Shown one piece after another: positions 57,299-64,000 of a DNA stretch of 64,000 bases. Source of the stretch: Chloroflexota bacterium (GTDB lineage Bacteria > Chloroflexota > UBA11872 > UBA12225 > JAJDUF01); assembly GCA_965214295.1 (NCBI GenBank), contig OZ243944.1, forward strand, positions 1,653,395 to 1,717,394. Direction: 5' to 3'. The position numbers were made by a program, and so were the translations under genes. The stretch's first letter is position 1; each line of letters opens with the position of its first letter. The notes under the pieces are model-generated. The model saw only the letters and a program-made list of their open reading frames with translations. It did not search any database and was not told where the DNA came from.

Positions 57299-57481
57299 GC
57301 GCCGGGTGCCCTGGGTCGCACCTAGGCACACGTCATGGCGGCGGAAGCCGCCATCCAGGGCCATTCCTGGCCCCCATACTCCCCCCGCTCCGCAGGGGGA
57401 CAGCGTATTCCCTCCCCTGTGCGTCAGCACGGGGGGAGGGCAAGGGTGGGGGCCACAGCTGCAACTGGCTAGGAGGACACC

Positions 57482-58231
57482 ATGACCGCTATTGACTTTG
57501 CCAGCTCGTATATGACCTGGTTTGGCCCTGGAAATCATGCGCGGATCCAGCTCGATGCGGCCTGCACCATCGTTGACGAGCAAGCGGGGGCGGAGGAGAT
57601 CTTCTACCTGATTGCGCCTTGTCGCTCCGAGCGTTGCTACATGGATGATCCGCTGTTCACGATGCCCAACTATGAGTTCTGCGGTATCTGGTCCCAGGAT
57701 GAATTCCTCCTTATTCGGACGCATTGGGTGAGCGAACGGGACAATCGCCAATACGGTGTCATCCGTGAGCACTGGGATGCCGTGCAGCTGGACATTCGCC
57801 GCTTTCCGCAGGCGGAGCAGCTCCCGGATCGAGCCGCTATCGTCACGGCGACGCTCGCCAACCGCCCCCTCATTGCCCGCACCGAGCTGCACGATGAGGC
57901 GGGCCGGCAGCGGGCGGTGCTGGAGTATCCGGTGCGGACGATGAATGTGCTGCCGGGGCCGGCGGCGCGCGTGCCCCGCAATCCACCACAGTTCCAGGTG
58001 GACACCGGGCCGCTGATCGTCCCGGACTTCGCATCGACCGCGGACCATCAGATCGAGCGCTTCGACATGGGATACCTTGTCTACCAGGAGTTCGATCAGG
58101 CAGAGTTCATCTTGCGCCGGCCGGTGCCGGTCCCGTCGGCAGAGCAGCCGGCGACCGAGACAACGGACTACTCGGCCGTCCGAATAATCCCGGCCCGCAA
58201 CACCATTCTCGCGCCGCCGGCCCCGGCGTGA
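57482..58231 (+). CDS. hypothetical protein (249 aa)
   Basis: strong RBS AGGAGG 6 nt upstream; no recognisable domain. Confidence 0.6.
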   Translation: MTAIDFASSYMTWFGPGNHARIQLDAACTIVDEQAGAEEIFYLIAPCRSERCYMDDPLFTMPNYEFCGIWSQDEFLLIRTHWVSERDNRQYGVIREHWDAVQLDIRRFPQAEQLPDRAAIVTATLANRPLIARTELHDEAGRQRAVLEYPVRTMNVLPGPAARVPRNPPQFQVDTGPLIVPDFASTADHQIERFDMGYLVYQEFDQAEFILRRPVPVPSAEQPATETTDYSAVRIIPARNTILAPPAPA

Positions 58232-58297
58232 TGGGGGCGAGCCGTTGGCCGAAATTGGTATCCTGCCTGGCGCTGCCGAGCTTGTGTACGAAAGGCG

Positions 58298-59452
58298 ATG
58301 AACATGGGTATCGAGCGTGCCACCTATCAGGACACGTATCGCGCCGGGGTCATTGGACACACCGGCCGCGGGAACTACGGTCACGGCTTGGACGTGGCCT
58401 TTGTCGGCTTACCGAACGTGCGGCTCGTTGCCGTGGCCGATGCCGACGACGCGGGGCGCGCGGAGGCGGTGGAGCGCACGGGCGCCGAGCGCGCCTATGC
58501 CGACTACCGCGACATGCTCGCGCAAGAGAGCCTCGATCTGGTCGCCATTGGGCCGCGTTGGCTGGACCAGCACGAGGCGATGACCATTGCCGCTGCCGAG
58601 GCCGGCGTGAAAGCCATCTATGCCGAAAAGCCGATGGCGCCGTCGCTCGCGGCGGCAGATCGTATGCTGTCGGCCTGTGACCGGCATGGCGTGAAGATTG
58701 CCTACGCCCACCAGAATCGCGCTTACCCCGGACCGGCGCTCGTGCAGGAGTATCTCGCCCGCGGCGAGCTAGGTCGGTTGCGCGTCATCCGCGCTTTCGG
58801 GAAGCAAGACCGTCGTGGCGGGGGGATGGACCTGCTCGTGCTCGGCACCCACCTGCTCGACCTGATGCGCCTTTTCGCCGGCGATGCTCGCTGGTGTCAC
58901 GGTCACGTCACTCGGAATGGGCGCGACGCAACCGTCGCAGACATCGAGGTGGCCCAAGAAGAAGGGGGGCTGATCGCCGGCGACGATGTGATCGCGCAGT
59001 ATGGCTTCGATCATGGCGTCCTGGGCACCTACGAGTGCGGGCGGGCGGGAGACGGCGGCGGCTCCCCTTACTTCCGGGTAGAGGTCTGCGGCACTGATGG
59101 CATGCTGACCTTCTGGAGCAGCCCCGATTCGCCGATCTACCTGTTCCCCGGCCCGTTTGCGCCACCGGACCGGCTCTCCGAGTGGCAGCTAGTGCAGCCG
59201 GGGCCGCTGCCGCCGGCGCTGGGGCCGGAGAGCTTGCGCGGCGGCATGCACACGGCGAACCAGCTCATCGTGTGCGACTTGCTGGCGGCGGTCGAGGCAG
59301 ACCGCGCACCGGCCATGTCGAGCGGGCACGACACCCGGGCTGCGCTGGAGATGATTCTCGCCGTCTACGAATCGCACCGTCAGGGTACGCGGGTCGCGCT
59401 CCCGCTGGCCGACCGCCAGCACCCCCTCGCCCGCTGGCAGCGCGAAGCATAA
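58298..59452 (+). CDS. Gfo/Idh/MocA family oxidoreductase
   Basis: GVIGHTGRGNYG Rossmann motif, EKP motif. Confidence 0.8.
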   Translation: MNMGIERATYQDTYRAGVIGHTGRGNYGHGLDVAFVGLPNVRLVAVADADDAGRAEAVERTGAERAYADYRDMLAQESLDLVAIGPRWLDQHEAMTIAAAEAGVKAIYAEKPMAPSLAAADRMLSACDRHGVKIAYAHQNRAYPGPALVQEYLARGELGRLRVIRAFGKQDRRGGGMDLLVLGTHLLDLMRLFAGDARWCHGHVTRNGRDATVADIEVAQEEGGLIAGDDVIAQYGFDHGVLGTYECGRAGDGGGSPYFRVEVCGTDGMLTFWSSPDSPIYLFPGPFAPPDRLSEWQLVQPGPLPPALGPESLRGGMHTANQLIVCDLLAAVEADRAPAMSSGHDTRAALEMILAVYESHRQGTRVALPLADRQHPLARWQREA

Positions 59453-59543
59453 CTACGCCTCCTGCTCCGGTATTGCACCTCACCCCCGGCCCCCTCTCGA
59501 CCACGGTCGCGGGAATGACGGGGAGAGGCGGGGGAGTGGAGTG

Positions 59544-60728
59544 TCACGCCGCGCGTGCTTCGAGCCAGTCCAAGGTGATCTCAAGACCAAAGCCCGGCGC
59601 GTCCGACGGCCGGACGTAGCCGTCCTGGACCGGGGGGGTGCCGGGTAGCAGGGTCATCTCCGCCAAGGGTACACCCGGCGGCGCTACGCCTTCGGAGCGC
59701 TCGCCCCAAGCGATCACCGGCATCGCGTAGGCAAGATGCTGGCCGTAGGGATAGTTCATGCCGCCGTGTCCGATCACCGTCAGTCCATGGGCCTCCGCGA
59801 TGTGGCAGATTCGCACGCTGGCGGTGACGCCGCCCACCCATTGGATGTCCGGCTGTAGGATGTCTACCAGTCCCCGCCCCGCGGCCTGCGCGAACGGATG
59901 GATCGTGTACCAGTGCTCGCCGGTCGCCAGGGTTTGCCCCGGCACCCGGGACCGCAGGTTGGCATAGCTCTCCATGTCCTCCGGCAACAGGTAGTCTTCG
60001 AGCCACTTGATCCGATACGGCTTCAGCGCCTCCACCACGCGCACGGCGTATTCCACGTTCAGCGACAGCCACGAGTCCACGGCCAGCTCGACGTCGGGGC
60101 CGACCTGCTCTCGTGCTCGCGCGACCAGCTCGACGTTCTTGTTCAACCCGGCCAGCCCCGCGTCAGGCCCATGGCGCAGGAAGACCTTGACGGCCTCGAA
60201 ACCAAGCTCGAGGTACCATTCCAGATAGTCGCTGGTCTTGTAGTCGAGCATAGTGTTGGAGGCATAACAGAAAATCCGGTCCTTGACCGGGCCGCCGAGC
60301 AGCTCGTACACCGGCCGGCGCAGCAGTTTCCCTTTCAGGTCCCAGAGCGCGTTATCAACGGCGCTGATGGCGTAGCTGGCTACCCCGGTGGCGCCGTATG
60401 GCGCGGCGGAGCGCCGCAGCATGTCCCATAGCTTCTCGGTCGCCAGGGGATTCTGCCCGGCCAACAGCTGGGCAAAGTGATCGTTGATGATCGAGCAGAC
60501 CGGCCCCGCCATATGGGTAAACCCCAGTCCCCAGGTGCCGTCGTCGGCGGTGACGACGCAGGCCGTGCGTGGCCAGCGCTCACTCCAGCTGCGGCCGGGC
60601 TTGTCGTAGGCATACCGGTCCATCGGGCTGACGAAATGGCCGCCGTCGGGGTCCTTGGCCACTCGTGCCGGGGTCGTCGGATGGGGCGCCAAGTACACCG
60701 GTACCGCCCGGACCTCTCTGATGTTCAT
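59544..60728 (-). CDS. enolase-superfamily dehydratase, L-rhamnonate dehydratase (RhamD)-like
   Basis: collinear similarity to E. coli YfaW/RhamD (PMDRYAYD..., VDNALWDLKGK, PVYELLGG, KWLEDYLLPED); RBS GGAGAG. Confidence 0.75.
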   Translation of the reverse strand: MNIREVRAVPVYLAPHPTTPARVAKDPDGGHFVSPMDRYAYDKPGRSWSERWPRTACVVTADDGTWGLGFTHMAGPVCSIINDHFAQLLAGQNPLATEKLWDMLRRSAAPYGATGVASYAISAVDNALWDLKGKLLRRPVYELLGGPVKDRIFCYASNTMLDYKTSDYLEWYLELGFEAVKVFLRHGPDAGLAGLNKNVELVARAREQVGPDVELAVDSWLSLNVEYAVRVVEALKPYRIKWLEDYLLPEDMESYANLRSRVPGQTLATGEHWYTIHPFAQAAGRGLVDILQPDIQWVGGVTASVRICHIAEAHGLTVIGHGGMNYPYGQHLAYAMPVIAWGERSEGVAPPGVPLAEMTLLPGTPPVQDGYVRPSDAPGFGLEITLDWLEARAA

Positions 60729-60829
60729 GCGTACACGTCTCTCCGGCGCGTGATGGGGGTGCCGCGCTGTCGAGCGAGGCCACAGCGAGGATACCAACGG
60801 AGCGTCGGTCGCTCGCCGGGATCGTGCCA

Positions 60830-60995
60830 GGGCCTTTCCATTGTCACCACTTCGACAGGCTCAGTGCCGGCTCTGAGCGGAGCGCAGGGTCTCTCCCGTG
60901 GCCGAGATTCTGCGCTCCGCTCGGAATGACAGTGGACAGGCCGCTCAGAATGACCGGTTTTGGCGGCGACTTTGGAAAGTCCCTCGGATTGCGCG
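60830..60995. repeat. ~165-bp structured intergenic repeat element, copy B
   Basis: ~90% identical to 19265..19440. Confidence 0.6.
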
Positions 60996-61082
60996 GCTGG
61001 CATTGACCGGAACCGGGGGCGTTGCTAGACTGTGGCGCTCGCACGACGGTACGGCGGGCATACGCTCAAGCGGAGGTAGTGT

Positions 61083-62021
61083 GTGGACACGCACTGGAGT
61101 AACTACCTACAGATCGGCCTCGTGCATTTCATGATGTACCCGGAGACGATGGGAGGGGACGGCCCCATCGTCGAGACCGTTCAGCGGGTGGCTGCGGACC
61201 CGTTCTTCGACGTGCTGGAAGTGACGCGGATGCAAGACCCGGCGGTGCGGCAACAGGTCCGGGAAATCGTGGACATGGCGCACATGGACCTGGGGTTCGG
61301 ATCGCAGCCGGGCATTCTGGGCAACCAGCTCAACACGGCGGCACTCGATGAAGACCTGCGCCAACGTTCCGTGGCCGACATCAAGGCGTCCATTGACCAA
61401 GCCTACGAGCACGGTGTCCGATTGCTGGCGATGATTGACGGGCTAGGCTCGTGGCCGGGCGAGGACCACAAGGAGCAAGCTATCGAGCAGGTGACCAAGA
61501 GCCTGCGGGAAATCTGCCAGTACGCCCAAGACCAGGCCGGCGATTATTGCTTGACGATCTCTTTGGAGACGTTCGACCGCTCCATCGAAAAGAAATCCCT
61601 ACTGGGGCCGACCCGCGACGCGGTGGCGGTGGGGGAGCGAGTGCGGGAGACGCACCCGAACTTCGGTCTGACCATTGACCTGAGCCACCTCCCGCTGCTG
61701 GGAGAAACCCCGGAGGAGTCGCTGACACTGGCTCAGGACCTGCTGATCCATACCCATATCGGCAACTGTCTGATGGGCGACCCCGATCACCCGGCCTATG
61801 GCGACAAGCACCCTCGCTTCGGCGCCCCAGGCACCGAGAACGACGTGAGCGATTTGGTGGAGTTTCTACAGGTACTCCGGCGTATCGGGTTCTTCGACAA
61901 GGAGCTACCGACGCGCAAGCCGCTGGTCACATTCGAGGTGCGCCCGATGGAGGGTGAATCCCAAGACGTGCTGCTTGCCAACTGCCGGCGCGTGTGGCAG
62001 GCGGCCTGGGCACAGCTATAA
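61083..62021 (+). CDS. sugar phosphate isomerase/epimerase (xylose-isomerase-like TIM barrel)
   Basis: GTG start with RBS GGAGG; family-level similarity. Confidence 0.7.
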   Translation: MDTHWSNYLQIGLVHFMMYPETMGGDGPIVETVQRVAADPFFDVLEVTRMQDPAVRQQVREIVDMAHMDLGFGSQPGILGNQLNTAALDEDLRQRSVADIKASIDQAYEHGVRLLAMIDGLGSWPGEDHKEQAIEQVTKSLREICQYAQDQAGDYCLTISLETFDRSIEKKSLLGPTRDAVAVGERVRETHPNFGLTIDLSHLPLLGETPEESLTLAQDLLIHTHIGNCLMGDPDHPAYGDKHPRFGAPGTENDVSDLVEFLQVLRRIGFFDKELPTRKPLVTFEVRPMEGESQDVLLANCRRVWQAAWAQL

Positions 62022-62064
62022 GTGAGCACCGACCGGTCAGAAATTAGAAAAAGGAGAGAAGGCC

Positions 62065-63051
62065 ATGCCAACGGTCTACGTCACTCGCCGCATCCCGGAG
62101 AATGGCCCGGATTTATTGCGTGAGCATTGCACCGTTCGCCAGTGGGACAGCGACGACGTGATCCCGCGCGACGTGCTCTTGCGGGAAGTGCAGGACGTGG
62201 ACGGGCTACTCAGCCTGCTCACGGAGCCGATCAACGATGAGGTCCTGGACGCGGCGCCGAATCTCAAGGTCGTGGCCAACCTGGCGGTCGGTTTCGACAA
62301 CTTCGATGTGCCTGCCCTGACAAAGCGCGGCGTGGTCGGTACCAACACCCCGGAAGTGCTCACCGATACGACGGCTGACCTGGCCTGGACCTTGATGATG
62401 GCCGCGGCGCGACGAATCGTGCCCGGCTACAAGTACGTAACGGACGACCACTGGAAGACGTGGGGACCGCTGCTGCTCATGGGCCAGGATATTCACCATG
62501 CCACGCTCGGCCTGATCGGCGTGGGACGGATCGGCGCCGGCATGGCCCGGCGGGCGCAGGGTTTCTCGATGCGGGTCCTCTACTACGATGTCTTCCGCCG
62601 CGAGGACCTGGAAGAGGAGCTAGGGATTGAGTTCGCGGACCAGGAAACGGTGCTGCGCGAGGCGGATTTCATCAGCCTGCACACGCCATACATGCCGGCG
62701 ACGCACCATCTCATCAGCCACGAGCAGCTGAAGATGATGAAGAACACTGCGGTGCTCGTCAACTCCTCGCGCGGCCCGGTGGTGGACCCCGACGCCTTGT
62801 ACGAGGCGCTGCGCGACGGCGAGATCGACTCCGCCGGCTTGGATGTCACGGAGCCGGAGCCGCTGCCGGCCGATCACCGCCTGCTGACGCTCGATAACTG
62901 TCTCGTCGTGCCGCACATCGCCAGCGCGAGCTACGAGACGCGGGCCGCGATGTCGCAGCTCGCCGCCGAGAACATCGTAGCCGTCCTGAGTGGCAAGAAG
63001 CCGCCTACGCCGGTCAACCCGGAGGTGGTGGTGGCGCAAGGACTCCGGTAG
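62065..63051 (+). CDS. D-isomer-specific 2-hydroxyacid dehydrogenase (glyoxylate/hydroxypyruvate reductase-like)
   Basis: GLIGVGRIG NAD motif, catalytic R/E/H; RBS AAGGAGAGAAGG. Confidence 0.85.
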   Translation: MPTVYVTRRIPENGPDLLREHCTVRQWDSDDVIPRDVLLREVQDVDGLLSLLTEPINDEVLDAAPNLKVVANLAVGFDNFDVPALTKRGVVGTNTPEVLTDTTADLAWTLMMAAARRIVPGYKYVTDDHWKTWGPLLLMGQDIHHATLGLIGVGRIGAGMARRAQGFSMRVLYYDVFRREDLEEELGIEFADQETVLREADFISLHTPYMPATHHLISHEQLKMMKNTAVLVNSSRGPVVDPDALYEALRDGEIDSAGLDVTEPEPLPADHRLLTLDNCLVVPHIASASYETRAAMSQLAAENIVAVLSGKKPPTPVNPEVVVAQGLR

Positions 63052-63087
63052 GGGCAGCGAACAGGTGTGGAGGGAGAGCGGACAGCG

Positions 63088-63474
63088 ATGAACGCCGTGA
63101 CCGGACGCACCATCCGCATCCGTGCGGGCGGCGTTGAAGCGCTCGCGGATCTCAATGCCGGCGAGACGGCCGCGGCCGTCTGGGACGCGCTCCCTTTCAC
63201 TATCCCGGCGAACACGTGGGGCGACGAAATCTACTTTACGATCCCGGTCGGCCTGGAGGAAGACGCTGCCCAACCGACGGTAGGGCTGGGCGATTTGGGC
63301 TATTGGCCCCCGGCGCGCGCGTTCTGCATCTTCTTCGGCCCGACGCCGATGAGCAGCCCCGGCGAAATCCGTCCGGCCAGCCCGGTGAACCTGTTCGGCA
63401 AGCTGCGCGGCGACCCGACGGTGTTCCGCAGGGTGCAGGCCGGTACGCCGGTGACCGTCGAGCGCGCCGCGTAG
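63088..63474 (+). CDS. cyclophilin-like fold protein (DUF3830-like)
   Basis: AVWDALPF...WGDEIYF...YWPPARAFCIFFG resembles cyclophilin-like DUF3830 family. Confidence 0.5.
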   Translation: MNAVTGRTIRIRAGGVEALADLNAGETAAAVWDALPFTIPANTWGDEIYFTIPVGLEEDAAQPTVGLGDLGYWPPARAFCIFFGPTPMSSPGEIRPASPVNLFGKLRGDPTVFRRVQAGTPVTVERAA

Positions 63475-63539
63475 CGCCTGAGCCGGCAGCGGGGCGGCGG
63501 TGGTGCCTCGCGCAGCCTAACCCGCTGGCAGCGGCTGCA

Positions 63540-63767
63540 TCAGAAGGTCCACTTCACCTCCTCCGGCTCGCCGAAGTCGGCGACAACCTGCTCGTAGATC
63601 GCGCTCGGCGCCACGACGGCCGTTACGCGGCCTTTGTGCCAGAGGAGCTGGGTGTCCGGATAGAAGCCGAAGTACATCAACGCCACCTCGGCGGCCAGTG
63701 GCCGGCCGAACACGAGACGGAAACGATCCTCGTCAACGCGCTCTACGCGGGCACGCCGGCTAGGCAT
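63540..63767 (-). CDS. small hypothetical protein (~75 aa)
   Basis: RBS GGTGAGGAG 6 nt upstream of ATG 63767. Confidence 0.4.
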   Translation of the reverse strand: MPSRRARVERVDEDRFRLVFGRPLAAEVALMYFGFYPDTQLLWHKGRVTAVVAPSAIYEQVVADFGEPEEVKWTF

Positions 63768-63780
63768 GGTACTCCTCACC

Positions 63781-64000
63781 TCAGCTCGACTCTGCGGCCC
63801 CGGCCGCTCGCCCGGCGGGATACCGGCGCAGGTAGGCACAGAAGGCGTTGAACTCCGCCGACAAGTCGCGGTGCGTGTCACTGAGCGTATGCAGCAACTC
63901 AACAAGGCGCGACCAGTTGAGGTCGGGGCCGTAAATGTTGCGAAAGCGATGACGAAACCGTAGATACCTGTCGAGATCCTCGCGTATCGCTGCGGAGATG
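63781..64000 (-). CDS. 3' end of a minus-strand gene continuing beyond window (C-terminus ...NIYGPDLNWSRLVELLHTLSDTHRDLSAEFNAFCAYLRRYPAGRAAGAAESS)
   Basis: own translation of reverse complement; stop at 63781-63783; not in ORF track. Confidence 0.3.
   Translation of the reverse strand, partial: ISAAIREDLDRYLRFRHRFRNIYGPDLNWSRLVELLHTLSDTHRDLSAEFNAFCAYLRRYPAGRAAGAAESS

Overview
Gene content: This 64-kb window is high-GC (about 66-68% overall). RBSs are GGAGG-type and GTG starts are frequent. It carries an archaeal-type class V fructose-1,6-bisphosphate aldolase/phosphatase. By inference these traits fit a Chloroflexota/Thermomicrobia-like bacterium. Almost all of the window is a dense sugar-acid and (sulfated) glycan catabolic supercluster. 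It contains four mandelate-racemase/enolase-superfamily dehydratases plus a dipeptide epimerase, four Gfo/Idh/MocA oxidoreductases and three aldo/keto reductases. It also contains one canonical sulfatase plus one sulfatase-like protein with Thr at the FGly position, a KdgK-like kinase, an HpcH aldolase, a BNR sialidase-like gene, two tandem GH5-like hydrolases and an orphan solute-binding protein. Further members are an SDR, a xylose-isomerase-like TIM-barrel isomerase, a 2-hydroxyacid dehydrogenase, an E1alpha/E1beta/E2 2-oxoacid dehydrogenase operon, and ispH with a split ThDP decarboxylase. No rRNA, tRNA, CRISPR array or transposase was found. Accessory signals: several low-GC (about 50%) islets are interspersed. 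(1) A roughly 1.9-kb insertion is bracketed by 28-bp direct repeats that duplicate the 3' end of kdgK and carries one GT-C-like membrane protein. (2) An HTH-ImmA/IrrE metallopeptidase plus DUF4411 PIN-like pair, a candidate TA/defense module, sits between two dehydratase genes. (3) An unrecognisable 559-aa protein is inserted in a PhyH dioxygenase cluster next to a PhyH-Hen1-Pnkp RNA-repair operon. (4) One region holds a DUF3179 lipoprotein gene with an in-frame TGA at the position predicted for the first Cys of a conserved CxxC motif (family motif recalled from memory), making it a selenoprotein candidate or a nonsense pseudogene. The adjacent proteasome-beta-like Ntn-hydrolase gene also has an in-frame TGA at a position aligning with a conserved Trp in HslV. 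Small repeat systems are also present. A family of about 26-bp hairpin repeats with covarying stems is scattered through intergenic regions. A 165-bp structured element occurs twice. A 1.2-kb gene-free repeat block and a heptanucleotide microsatellite in a divergent promoter complete the set.
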